A program made the translations under genes and the position numbers. The notes below the pieces were generated by a model that was not told the origin of the DNA, made no database searches, and saw only the letters and a program-made list of their open reading frames with translations. 50,282 nucleotides of DNA. Source: a virus. Lineage: Duplodnaviria; Caudoviricetes. The stretch covers positions 1 to 50,282 of the IMG/VR virus record IMGVR_UViG_3300033485_000020; one strand, written 5' to 3'. This document shows, piece by piece, positions 1 through 9,501 of the stretch (position 1 is the stretch's first letter; each line of letters starts with the position of its first letter).

Positions 1-127
1 TTTATAATAAATGTAATTGTAGGAAAGAATTATGGCCAGCGAACTTCAACTACGTGATGGACTCTATGGGTTTGAATATCGAGAGGAAGATCAGCGCAGA
101 GTCTCGCCTGAAGAACGTAAAACTTAC
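1..127. repeat. Terminal direct repeat copy 1 (circular assembly overlap)
   Basis: Identical to 50156-50282. 127 bp matches a common assembler k-mer size, and the repeat cuts through a promoter and a CDS. Confidence 0.95.
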
Positions 128-628
128 GACATTAAGGCCTTCTGGCTACGCCATCATGAGATAACGAGACTCGCAGCAGAAGGTTTCAAGCAAACAGAGA
201 TCGCTGAGATCCTTCATATACATCCGCAGACAGTCAGTAACACGCTTAATTCTCAAATTGGCAAAGAGAAGACCGCTGAGCTCACCGAACTTCGAGATGG
301 TGAGACCAAGAAACGTCTCGCTCAAATTCGTATCCTCACAGAGAAGGCCCTAGACACTTTCCACGAAATCTTCGATGATGATACTGGGCAGGTAACCCTT
401 AAAGACAAAAAAGAGGTCGCCAACACAGTACTTCTCGAACTCTCTGGCCTCCGAGTTCCTACTCGTATCCAGTCTCAGTCCCGTGTAACAGTCCTATCCT
501 CTGAAGAACTTAAGGACTTCAAAGCTCGTGGCATTGCAGCTATGAAAGAAGCAGGTCTTGTTGTAGATGTTGAACCAACTCAAATTGAAGAGGTCTCCGA
601 TGCCACTAAGACACTTCCAACTGAGTGA
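32..628 (+). CDS. HTH protein, probable terminase small subunit
   Basis: HTH-like segment (FKQTEIAEILHIHPQTVSNTL) followed by a helical region. First gene of the late arm, downstream of the promoter at 50135-50163. Confidence 0.6.
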   Translation: MASELQLRDGLYGFEYREEDQRRVSPEERKTYDIKAFWLRHHEITRLAAEGFKQTEIAEILHIHPQTVSNTLNSQIGKEKTAELTELRDGETKKRLAQIRILTEKALDTFHEIFDDDTGQVTLKDKKEVANTVLLELSGLRVPTRIQSQSRVTVLSSEELKDFKARGIAAMKEAGLVVDVEPTQIEEVSDATKTLPTE

Positions 629-959
629 GTTTGACTCTCCAGACATTCCAGGAAGCGGGTCCTCTATGGATACCGACTTCTTGGAGGTCCTCGAAGCTAT
701 CCGCGAAGATGCAGGAATCCCTTTCATAATCACCAGTGGCTTTCGCACTGAGGAGTATAACATTAAAGTAGGTGGCGTGGAAAATAGTGCCCATCTCCGA
801 GGCAAAGCTGCTGACATTCGTGCTGGAAATGCTCGAAATAAGTATATAATAGTCCACTTTGCCATAAAGCATGGGATCACAAGAATCGGCATTGGAAAGA
901 CTTTCATCCACTTGGATATAGACCAAGTGCTGCCAAACCCAGCTATTTGGGTATATTAG
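600..959 (+). CDS. Peptidase M15 family endolysin
   Basis: Motifs ITSGFR, SAHLRGKAADI and FIHLD (Zn ligands H, D, H). ATG at 600 follows GAGG. Confidence 0.9.
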   Translation: MPLRHFQLSEFDSPDIPGSGSSMDTDFLEVLEAIREDAGIPFIITSGFRTEEYNIKVGGVENSAHLRGKAADIRAGNARNKYIIVHFAIKHGITRIGIGKTFIHLDIDQVLPNPAIWVY

Positions 960-967
960 GAGGGTAT

Positions 968-1474
968 ATGCTAGGAGGGATAATAGACAAATTAAAACAA
1001 GTTGTGCCTATCGTAGCTGGCCTTGTGGGAGGAGAGACTGCAGGTAAGGCCGCTGCAACTATCTTAGGTATAGCTGAAAAAGTCACTGGGAAGAAGGGTG
1101 ACGCCGCTGTAGATGCAATCAAAGCTGATCCAGCGCTGGCTCTTCAGTTCGAACAAGCTTTAATGACTCAGGAAAAGGACCTCTTAAAGCTCCAATATGA
1201 AGACATAAAAGATGCTAGATCACGAGATATAGAGGTACGAAAACTCTCAAAAGGAAAAAATACTCGCGCTGATATTCTTGCTTATCTAGCAGTTGTAAGT
1301 TTCATTTCTTTGATATTCTTCTTCTTTTACAAGACTCCAGATGGTGGTGTAAAGGATATTATGATACTCCTAATAGGCAACCTATCTGGTGTTGTTTCAA
1401 CTATTTATGCCTATGAATTTGGATCGTCTAGAGGAAGTAAAGATAAAACAACTATTCTCGGGTTAAAAGAATAA
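968..1474 (+). CDS. Holin-like membrane protein
   Basis: Follows the endolysin. Has C-terminal TM segments and a YEFGSSRGS tail typical of 3TM/GTA-type holin-like proteins. GGAGG RBS before ATG 968. Confidence 0.7.
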   Translation: MLGGIIDKLKQVVPIVAGLVGGETAGKAAATILGIAEKVTGKKGDAAVDAIKADPALALQFEQALMTQEKDLLKLQYEDIKDARSRDIEVRKLSKGKNTRADILAYLAVVSFISLIFFFFYKTPDGGVKDIMILLIGNLSGVVSTIYAYEFGSSRGSKDKTTILGLKE

Positions 1475-1902
1475 TGAGAAAACTAACTTTAGGTTTAGTC
1501 TTATTTATTTTAAATTCAACTCTCCTCCTCGCTCAAAATACCCTCACTTTCGAGTGGGATCCTCATTCTCAAGCTGCTGACCTCCTAGGCTTCAAACTCT
1601 ATCAATCTAAGCAAAGTGGCACATACTCCTCTACTCCCATAGCCACTTTCCTCGGAGGCTCCCTAACAACTGGCTCCATCACTAAACCCTCCAGCCCTGG
1701 CAAATGGTACTGGGTACTCACTGCCTACATGCTAGACGCTGAATCAGACTACAGCAATGAAGTCAACAAAGTCATCAAACCTAATCCTCCTAACCTTAAA
1801 TCCGTAACCCTAACAGCCCTGAAAGCTCCAGTAGGTGGTATAGTTAAACTAGCAAAACTTCTCAAGAAAGACAAGGGTCTGCGCGTAAGAGATGCCGAAT
1901 AA
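1474..1902 (+). CDS. Exported fibronectin type III-like protein
   Basis: Signal peptide (MRKLTLGLVLFIL...LAQ) and FN3-like pattern (TFEWD, GFKLY, YWVLTAY, ESDYSNEV). Confidence 0.7.
   Translation: MRKLTLGLVLFILNSTLLLAQNTLTFEWDPHSQAADLLGFKLYQSKQSGTYSSTPIATFLGGSLTTGSITKPSSPGKWYWVLTAYMLDAESDYSNEVNKVIKPNPPNLKSVTLTALKAPVGGIVKLAKLLKKDKGLRVRDAE
1497..1521. promoter_or_regulatory. 25-bp quasi-palindromic site, copy 1
   Basis: agtcttATTTATTTTAAATtcaact; lies inside the signal-peptide codons of ORF 1474. Confidence 0.8.
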
Positions 1903-2920
1903 GCTATCTGTCATAATCTCTAATCGTAACGATGTAGTGATGCTCGCTGTCACAGTGCGTTCCTGCCTCGAGGGCCTACGTCCTCTCGGTCCTGGCAACG
2001 CTGAAATAGTCATCTGTGACAACTCAGACAAAAACATCTATGAAGTGGTAAAAGCCGTCCTCCCTAATGGCTACTGCAAAGATGGTACTTTACGCCTTAT
2101 CAGACAAGACTTTCCTTGCCTCTTCTCCGCTCGTGAAACCGCAGCTCGTGAAGCCAAGGGTGAGTACATTCTGTGCTTGGATTCTCACATGTTAGTAGGC
2201 CATGACTCCATTGAAAAGATGGTCAACTTTATGGATCGCCATAGCACTGACTCCACTCTTGGCTTCGCCCATGCTCCACTTTCCTGGGCTCATCAGCATG
2301 AATCCCATGCTAAGCACGATAGAGACATGGCAAAGTCTGAGTTAGGTCCTTGGGGAGGTATTAAACATTCAGAATGTACAATCTCCTGGAAAGGAATGCC
2401 CTGGATATGCAGACGAGAATGGTTCCTAGACTATGATAAAGGTCTAGGAGGCTATGGAGCCCTTAGTAAACATCGAGTAAGTTGGGGCGGAGGAGATATG
2501 CACATAGGCATAAAGCCCTGGCTCCTCGGATTCAAGAACTGGGCAGTCCCCTGTAATCCTTGCATCCACATAGGGCCTTTTCCTAAACTTGATAGGGTGG
2601 CAGGCAAACCAGATGATACAATAGTTGACACCCAAGGCCTTCCATTCTCAGAACGTTACCGTCTTTATGGCTCCAGCGGAGACTTTCCTCACACCTTTGG
2701 ATTCCTCGTAAGCTGCTACGTAATCGGTGGTGAGCCTATGATGGAGCGAAATAGAGCATTTCTACAGAATAGATTCGGTGCTTACATAGACTACAACAAG
2801 TACTGGCGCCGAGCCATCGAAGTAGGCTTTGAGGAACATAAGTGGCTCCTTGAGCATCAAAAACTTAGTTTTGAAACCTTACTCCTTCAAATGCCGTGGA
2901 ATAAGAATGGATCTCACTAA
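1892..2920 (+). CDS. GT-A glycosyltransferase, polypeptide GalNAc-transferase (GT27)-like
   Basis: GT2-type N-terminus (LSVII, IVICDN), DxH motif LDSH, and WGGGD...W..G....VPC...IH resembling the Gal/GalNAc-T motif. Confidence 0.75.
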   Translation: MPNKLSVIISNRNDVVMLAVTVRSCLEGLRPLGPGNAEIVICDNSDKNIYEVVKAVLPNGYCKDGTLRLIRQDFPCLFSARETAAREAKGEYILCLDSHMLVGHDSIEKMVNFMDRHSTDSTLGFAHAPLSWAHQHESHAKHDRDMAKSELGPWGGIKHSECTISWKGMPWICRREWFLDYDKGLGGYGALSKHRVSWGGGDMHIGIKPWLLGFKNWAVPCNPCIHIGPFPKLDRVAGKPDDTIVDTQGLPFSERYRLYGSSGDFPHTFGFLVSCYVIGGEPMMERNRAFLQNRFGAYIDYNKYWRRAIEVGFEEHKWLLEHQKLSFETLLLQMPWNKNGSH

Positions 2921-4049
2921 TAACGAAAGAAAGTTCATAAACAGCGCTAACTCCTGGCAGTGGCATACTAACTTCATAGGCTATCATATGCAGCATAGCT
3001 ATTATCTCTATCACATAATCGACGAGATTATGACTGAGAATCCAGAGATAATGGGCATAGTCGAGATAGGCACTGGGAGTGGAGCTCTTACAACAGTCCT
3101 AGGTTTGTGGGGAATTAGTAGAAATATTCCTGTCCTATCAGTTGACATAAAGAACATTCATGACGATAAGGTATTCAGGGCCCTCAAAATAACCTACATC
3201 CAATTAGATGAATTCAGCGACTATCTAATTTCCGAGGTAAAGCGTTTCATCAATCGAGTCAATGGCCCTATCCTCTTCATCTGTGATGGAGGAAACAAGA
3301 TTCGGGAGTTCAACTTCTGGGCACCTCTCCTCAAACCAAACTCAATCATAGCTGCTCATGATTGGACTACTGAAATAGACTACGACTCCATAGCCTCTAT
3401 TGCCTCACTCCACTGCGAACCCTATAAAGAATATCGCTGGAATGAGATGAACGTTCAGTTCGTCACATTTAAGACTCGTCAAATTAGACCTTTCCTCTCA
3501 ATAGTCACCCGTAATCACCCAGGTAGGCCAAATCTCCTCAAACGCTGCATAGAGAGTGTGGAAAAACTAAAAGATAAGGACTTCCAGCACATAATAATCT
3601 ATGACAGTGAAGGTCTCGGAATCCCTCATGCTAATCAGCTATTTGCCAAAGGTAAGTATCGGGTAACTGGCGAATACGTCTTCATGTTAGACGATGATGA
3701 TGTCTTGATTTCGGATGACTTGGTTTCCGACATGAAGCTAGTCACAAGTCTCCAAAACTACCCAGACATAATCTTTGTCCTAATGACTCTTAATGGTATA
3801 ACCTTTCCCTCTCCTCTCGTGTGGGAAAAAGACCAACTAATTCCAGGAAACATAGGCACTTCCTGCTTCGTTATGAAGAATGAACTCTGGCAGGATTCCA
3901 TAGACTCATTCAAAACCACCGAACTCTCAGGGGACTTCAACTTCATCAACACAGCATTTTCCAAAACTTCTTCAAAATACTGGTATGGTAAGACTTACGC
4001 TAGAGCCTTTGGACTAAGCGGAGGAAAGGCGGAGGAAGATATTCTGTGA
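2907..4049 (+). CDS. SAM O-methyltransferase (CmcI/Methyltransf_24-like) fused to GT2 glycosyltransferase
   Basis: N-terminal VEIGTGSG, ICDGG and IAAHD. C-terminal LSIVT...YVFMLDDDD...SGDFNF. Confidence 0.8.
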   Translation: MDLTNNERKFINSANSWQWHTNFIGYHMQHSYYLYHIIDEIMTENPEIMGIVEIGTGSGALTTVLGLWGISRNIPVLSVDIKNIHDDKVFRALKITYIQLDEFSDYLISEVKRFINRVNGPILFICDGGNKIREFNFWAPLLKPNSIIAAHDWTTEIDYDSIASIASLHCEPYKEYRWNEMNVQFVTFKTRQIRPFLSIVTRNHPGRPNLLKRCIESVEKLKDKDFQHIIIYDSEGLGIPHANQLFAKGKYRVTGEYVFMLDDDDVLISDDLVSDMKLVTSLQNYPDIIFVLMTLNGITFPSPLVWEKDQLIPGNIGTSCFVMKNELWQDSIDSFKTTELSGDFNFINTAFSKTSSKYWYGKTYARAFGLSGGKAEEDIL

Positions 4050-6064
4050 AAACTCTAATAGTAGCTCTCTACCCTTACAATGGTCAAAGTCTCGATGCCT
4101 GGCATGACCACGGCGCAGGGATGACTTACACTGCAGCTAAAAAAGCAGGCTGTGATGTATCATTCTTGGACCTTAAGATCGTAAAAGACGACTCTGACCT
4201 TAAAGTAAAACTAAGAGGCTATGACTTAGTAGGCTTCGGACTAAAAAGCTCCTATTACCAAATAGGGATGAAGGTAGCCAGGGCTGCCAAAGAGAATGGC
4301 TCGCAGACCATTATTGGAGGCTATCACATTACAGCTGCTCCAACTGAAATTGAGCAGGAATTATTCGACTATGTATTCCATGGAGAAAGTGAAATAACCT
4401 TTCCTCAATTCCTCAAAGACCCATCTAAATTCTCTCGAGACATTTATGGAGAGAAAGTCCCAGACCTCAACCAACTTCCTTGGATTGATAGAACCATCTA
4501 TCGTGACACCCTGGAAAATTGCTCCTTCTGGTGGCATGGAGGACGACGTAATAAGATGCTCTCCGTCTTCTCAGCCCGCGGTTGTCCTTTCCAGTGTGCA
4601 TTCTGCCAACCTCTCGAGGACAATCACTTTGGCAAGAAGCTTCGTCGTCGCTCTGTAGACAACCTAATATCTGAACTAAAGTGGCTCAAGAATCTCCATC
4701 ATCCAGACTGCATAATGATCCACGATGATACCTTCTTTGTCCAGCCTAAATGGATCGAGGAATTCATCGAGAAGTATCCTCAAATAGGCCTCCCTTTCTG
4801 GGCTGCTGCTCGATCAGATGGGATTTGTGAGAGGCCTGACTTACTCCGTAAACTGGTAAAAGTAGGCTGGGAACTCGTCTCGGTGGGCTTCGAAAGTGGC
4901 TCTCAACGCATCCTTAATAAGATGAAGAAGGACATCACTGTCAAGCAAAATCTTGAGTCAGCCAAACTCATCAAATCAGCTGGAGCAAAGATATATGCTA
5001 ACTATATTCTCGGACTTCCTTGGGAAACTAAAGAGGACATTCAAAAGACTGCGCAAATGGCTGATGCCATAAAAGCTGAGATGCCCTCTTGGGCATACTT
5101 CACTCCTTATCCAGGCTGCCACCTAGGCGATGAATGTAAGGAAAATGACTGGTCACTTCTCGACAGAAATCACTATGATAGATGTCCTTCAGGGAAGAAG
5201 GTGAAGTTTGTCGACTATGAATACATCAATACAGTGTTAACTAAGCGCTTTCGTGAAGATGTACCACCGCTCACAACTGACATAGTAATTCCTACTTACG
5301 AAAACGAAGACTACACAGTCGCCTGTCTCAATAGCATCAAAGAATTCACTAATCCTGCAATGTATAGAGTAATCCTAGTTGACAACGGCTCTAAGAACTT
5401 CTCTCGAGTCGAAAAAGTCCTAGGAACAATCGACAAGTGCTTATATATCAGACTTCCCAAAAACGAGGGATTCGTAACAGCTGTCAACAAAGGCCTTCAA
5501 ACCTCTACTGCTCCATCAGTCTGCATCTTAAATAACGACACAGTTGTCACCGACAGATGGTTAGAGAAACTAGCCAGTGCCCTATTTTCAGACCCTGGAC
5601 TTGGAATTGTAGGTCCTCTTACTCAGCCTGGGATAGGTACAGCAGTAGACTCACACCATAGTTTGACTCTTCACTCTTCTCTAATCCCTAATAACCTCAA
5701 GCCTCTTGACATGGCTAATACGAACATCTATCTGGAATCCAACTATATGGGAATGACTAAGCCTATTTCCTTTGTAGCATTCCTTTGCGCCCTAATTAAA
5801 CGAGAGGTTCTCGACAAGGTAGGCTTCCTAGACCCAAACTATGCTATGGGAATGTATGATGATAATGACTATAACCTATTAGTGAGGAAAGCTGGCTACC
5901 GCTGTGAGCTCTTAATCGACACCTGTATTTATCATAGAGGAAGATCAACTTTTCAAATAATCGAGAAGAATGAAGGCTTTGATGTTAATTCACTTTTAAA
6001 GCGTAACCTAGAATACCTAAATAAAAAGCATAATCTCAACATGAAGAATGCACATATAAGATGA
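4046..6064 (+). CDS. B12-binding radical SAM protein fused to GT2 glycosyltransferase
   Basis: IIGGYH B12-domain motif, RGCPFQCAFC (CxxxCxxC), GFESGSQRIL and YFTPYPG. C-terminal DIVIPTY, VDNGS, LNNDT and YDDND. Confidence 0.9.
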   Translation: MKTLIVALYPYNGQSLDAWHDHGAGMTYTAAKKAGCDVSFLDLKIVKDDSDLKVKLRGYDLVGFGLKSSYYQIGMKVARAAKENGSQTIIGGYHITAAPTEIEQELFDYVFHGESEITFPQFLKDPSKFSRDIYGEKVPDLNQLPWIDRTIYRDTLENCSFWWHGGRRNKMLSVFSARGCPFQCAFCQPLEDNHFGKKLRRRSVDNLISELKWLKNLHHPDCIMIHDDTFFVQPKWIEEFIEKYPQIGLPFWAAARSDGICERPDLLRKLVKVGWELVSVGFESGSQRILNKMKKDITVKQNLESAKLIKSAGAKIYANYILGLPWETKEDIQKTAQMADAIKAEMPSWAYFTPYPGCHLGDECKENDWSLLDRNHYDRCPSGKKVKFVDYEYINTVLTKRFREDVPPLTTDIVIPTYENEDYTVACLNSIKEFTNPAMYRVILVDNGSKNFSRVEKVLGTIDKCLYIRLPKNEGFVTAVNKGLQTSTAPSVCILNNDTVVTDRWLEKLASALFSDPGLGIVGPLTQPGIGTAVDSHHSLTLHSSLIPNNLKPLDMANTNIYLESNYMGMTKPISFVAFLCALIKREVLDKVGFLDPNYAMGMYDDNDYNLLVRKAGYRCELLIDTCIYHRGRSTFQIIEKNEGFDVNSLLKRNLEYLNKKHNLNMKNAHIR

Positions 6065-6765
6065 ATTACACAGTCGTAATACCTAACCACTATCGAGATG
6101 TCATTGAGCCCTTGTTAAGATCTATCCACAAATATGAGAACTCTCCTGACGTACTCATCGTTGCAGATAGACATGATCTTGATTATGGTTATAGGCGAGT
6201 GCGCATAGATGGCAAATTCATCTTCAGCCACGCAGTTAACGTTGGTATAGACTCATGCGCTCCTAATGACGTAATCTTACTAAATGACGACGTTAGACTC
6301 ATAATGCCAACCTTTCGTCAACTATCCAAGCTTGCCTATTCAGACGATCAAATAGGCATCCTCTCTCCTCTAATCGACGGAGGATGTGGTAACTTATTCA
6401 TGCGTGCTTCCCGTACAGATCTTTGGAAACCAGGAATGGATTTCCACTTCTGCAATGCCAAAGGTGGAGATAGAGTAACTTTCGCTTGTGTTTACATAAA
6501 GAGATCTTTAATAGATAGCATCGGCAGGTTCGACGAAAACTTCAAAGGCTACGGCTTTGATGATGCAGATATGAGTATTAGGACTGTAAAGAGTGGATGG
6601 AAACTCGCTATTACTAATAAACTTACAGTTATGCACGGAAAAGGTGGAAATGTCTTCAAACGAGGCTATAATTGGAACACCTCATTCTTTCGTGCAGGTG
6701 CAAAGGGTGCTAGGGAAAATCTCGCATACCTAAGATCAATTCATCCTTCTATGGTGCGTAAATAG
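6061..6765 (+). CDS. GT2 family glycosyltransferase
   Basis: TVVIP, LLNDD, GRFDENFKGYGFDDAD. Confidence 0.9.
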   Translation: MNYTVVIPNHYRDVIEPLLRSIHKYENSPDVLIVADRHDLDYGYRRVRIDGKFIFSHAVNVGIDSCAPNDVILLNDDVRLIMPTFRQLSKLAYSDDQIGILSPLIDGGCGNLFMRASRTDLWKPGMDFHFCNAKGGDRVTFACVYIKRSLIDSIGRFDENFKGYGFDDADMSIRTVKSGWKLAITNKLTVMHGKGGNVFKRGYNWNTSFFRAGAKGARENLAYLRSIHPSMVRK

Positions 6766-6788
6766 TTGAATTTAAAATAAATCAAACT
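6764..6788. promoter_or_regulatory. 25-bp quasi-palindromic site, copy 2
   Basis: agttgaATTTAAAATAAATcaaact; fills the gap between the GT cluster and terL. Confidence 0.85.
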
Positions 6789-6789
6789 A

Positions 6790-8325
6790 ATGGATAAAGA
6801 AACTGGTCTCATATTAAGTGCCTGCAGCGTCTCAACAAGGGCGGTGGCTAAGACTTTCTTTCCTGAGCGCTTCAACTTACCTTTCGCTGAAAATGTCCAC
6901 GGGAAGATCTTCAATGTCATAGATGGAACCTCTAACAAGAATGTAATAGCTGCCCCTCGTGGCTGGGGAAAGACTTCTATCGTAGCCCTTGCTCTCATGG
7001 CTCGCTATATCCTCTTCCGACTATGCGGCTTCATAGTCTACATCAACCAGTCTGAAACTGCTGCAGTAATGCAGACGGAGAACCTAAAACGTGAGCTCGT
7101 CACAAACCGTGTTATCAAGCATTTCTTTGGTTCTGTCAAAACTCGAGCTGCTGGAGATGATGAGATTGATGAGCAATTCTCCAAGAAGGCCTGGGTCGCT
7201 TATGATACCTTTGTTCTACCTCGAGGAGCTGGACAGCAAGTACGTGGAGTCATCTTCAAAAATGACCGTCCAGGACTCATTATTATTGATGACTTGGAAA
7301 ACAAAGATGATGTTATGAATCCTGATCTGCGCAAGCAGATAAAGACCTGGCTATATTCAGACGTCCTCGAGGCAATTCCTCAGACACATTTAAATTGGAA
7401 GGTAGTCTACATTGACACACTCAAGCATGAAGATGCACTTCTTCAACACCTATTAACCTCTGAAAGTTGGGAATCCCTCCGCCTCGAATCTTGCGATGAT
7501 GACTTTAATTCCACAGCTCCTGAGTTCGTCCCAACTGAGGTCATTAAAGCTAAATGGGAAGCTTCAGTAAAAGCAGGTGAAACTGACACCTTTTTCCAAG
7601 AGCATCGTAACCTCCCTATCTCATCCAAAGACTCAGCCTTCCGAGCTGAATACTTTCGCTATTACAACTTACCATCCACTCAATCTATTCGTGAAGGAAT
7701 AGACATACAGAAATTTGATTCAGAAATTCAATCAGATCAAAACATTGAGACTGTCATAATAGTTGATCCAGCTAAGACCGTAAAGATGCACTCGGCTGAG
7801 TCTGCCATAATAGGTATCGGAATAGACCTCACTTCCGCTCGTCTCTACATTCGAGATGCTATCTCCGATAAACTCTATCCAGATGAACTCTACGATGCTA
7901 TGTTTGGGATGGCTACTAGACTTGGTGCTAAGGTAATGGGAGTTGAGGAGACATCCCTAAATGAGTTTATAAAACAGCCTATTAAAAACGAGATGTTTCG
8001 CCGCGGTACTTTCTTTGAGCTCGTATGGCTAAATGCTCGGGGTGGGACTAAGAAAGAACTTCGTGTAAAGGAACTAGTCCCATACTACCGAGGAGGCTAC
8101 ATCTACCACAACGCCTCTTGCTCAACAATTAAGAAGCTTGAACAACAACTCCTTATGTATCCCAGATCTGCTCTATGGGATCTCATGGATGATGAGGCTT
8201 ACATTATAGAGATGCTCGAACTAGGCGAGCGTTACTTTTCTCCTAGTAATATTCCAGAGGATTCCGAAGCTGAATATGCTGAACTTAATTACGAGAAACC
8301 AATAGAAGATTGGAGATCTGTATGA
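6790..8325 (+). CDS. terL: Terminase large subunit
   Basis: Walker A APRGWGKT, Walker B IIIDDLE, RNase H-like nuclease region IVDPA...GVEE...DLMD. Confidence 0.92.
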   Translation: MDKETGLILSACSVSTRAVAKTFFPERFNLPFAENVHGKIFNVIDGTSNKNVIAAPRGWGKTSIVALALMARYILFRLCGFIVYINQSETAAVMQTENLKRELVTNRVIKHFFGSVKTRAAGDDEIDEQFSKKAWVAYDTFVLPRGAGQQVRGVIFKNDRPGLIIIDDLENKDDVMNPDLRKQIKTWLYSDVLEAIPQTHLNWKVVYIDTLKHEDALLQHLLTSESWESLRLESCDDDFNSTAPEFVPTEVIKAKWEASVKAGETDTFFQEHRNLPISSKDSAFRAEYFRYYNLPSTQSIREGIDIQKFDSEIQSDQNIETVIIVDPAKTVKMHSAESAIIGIGIDLTSARLYIRDAISDKLYPDELYDAMFGMATRLGAKVMGVEETSLNEFIKQPIKNEMFRRGTFFELVWLNARGGTKKELRVKELVPYYRGGYIYHNASCSTIKKLEQQLLMYPRSALWDLMDDEAYIIEMLELGERYFSPSNIPEDSEAEYAELNYEKPIEDWRSV

Positions 8326-8549
8326 CAGTTGCTGAGTCAATTATAGGAGGAATAGCTTTGGCTATTTTTACTGGAATATTAGGACTCTTACTTGGAGGTA
8401 AGAAGAAAGTAACTGAGGATAGATTTCTAGATCATGTTAACTCCTCTTTTCCTCATATGGCTTGTCCAATACATGAGACTCAGTTAAAGGCAATAGAAAA
8501 GAAGTTGGATAGGATAGATACTAAAATAGATAATCTTCTTGAGAGGTAA
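8322..8549 (+). CDS. Small membrane protein (TM plus coiled coil)
   Basis: N-terminal hydrophobic helix and C-terminal heptads (IEKKLDRIDTKIDNLL). Confidence 0.6.
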   Translation: MTVAESIIGGIALAIFTGILGLLLGGKKKVTEDRFLDHVNSSFPHMACPIHETQLKAIEKKLDRIDTKIDNLLER

Positions 8550-8551
8550 TT

Positions 8552-8917
8552 ATGGCACAGTCTAGTGCATATAAGCGTAAACTATCTGGCTCAACAGATG
8601 GCAAGGCAATAAAGATTACTCAAACAGCTACTGCTGGCGACACTATTCATACAGCAATAGCTGGAACTACAGCAGGCACATATGATGAGATTTGGCTATG
8701 GGCATACAACGGACATACAGCTGATGTAGTTCTCACCATCGAGTTTGGTGGAGCAACTGTCCCTGATCAGAATATAGTTGTAACAATTCCATTTAAGTCT
8801 GGACTTATTCCGGTTGTTCCAGGACTACTTCTTCAGAATGGAATGGTGGTAAAAGCATTTGCTTCTGTAGCAAATGTTATTACTCTAATTGGCTTTGTCA
8901 ACGCAATCACGGATTAG
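8552..8917 (+). CDS. Putative virion structural protein
   Basis: Beta-rich 121 aa with GAGG RBS, located between terL and portal. Confidence 0.55.
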   Translation: MAQSSAYKRKLSGSTDGKAIKITQTATAGDTIHTAIAGTTAGTYDEIWLWAYNGHTADVVLTIEFGGATVPDQNIVVTIPFKSGLIPVVPGLLLQNGMVVKAFASVANVITLIGFVNAITD

Positions 8918-8921
8918 ATAT

Positions 8922-9500
8922 ATGATTAATGTTAAAAAACACTATGGATCACACGCTAGATTTCTTGGGAGTGAATTAACAGCTAATCTTCACAGAAGTT
9001 TTAGGATACCGATAGCTGCAAACACTTCAGCTAGGTCTGGAAATTTCGTACGGGTAATGTATCAGGTTCATTCTACACAACAGTGCGAGATTCAGGGATC
9101 ATCTATACAAATACAAGGAGTTGGTGAGGATTTTGGCGCAGCTCCGGTTAGGTTGACATTTAATAATGGTAGTAACTCAATTATCCCAGCAGTTGGAACA
9201 TTCGTATTATCTGACTGGATAGCCTTTACGTTTACCAGAACAACAGCTTATCTTATTCATATTACTTTGAATCAAGTTGGTGGAAACAATGGGTGGAGAT
9301 ATCAAGCAGGGGCACCAGTCTCTGAGTACTACAAAGACTCTGTGGCTGATGATGAAACTATGGATCAGAATGTTGCAGGATATACAGATGATCAGTTTTT
9401 TCCTCTGGTATGTGGGATAGATGTTGCTGATGTAGCTGAATATAATTATCTAATAAGTCGTCGTGATAGGTTCAGAACAACAGGAATCTCATTAGGCTAA
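8922..9500 (+). CDS. Putative virion beta-sandwich protein
   Basis: Beta-rich ORF in the structural block; start chosen at ATG 8922. Confidence 0.5.
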   Translation: MINVKKHYGSHARFLGSELTANLHRSFRIPIAANTSARSGNFVRVMYQVHSTQQCEIQGSSIQIQGVGEDFGAAPVRLTFNNGSNSIIPAVGTFVLSDWIAFTFTRTTAYLIHITLNQVGGNNGWRYQAGAPVSEYYKDSVADDETMDQNVAGYTDDQFFPLVCGIDVADVAEYNYLISRRDRFRTTGISLG

Positions 9501-9501
9501 T

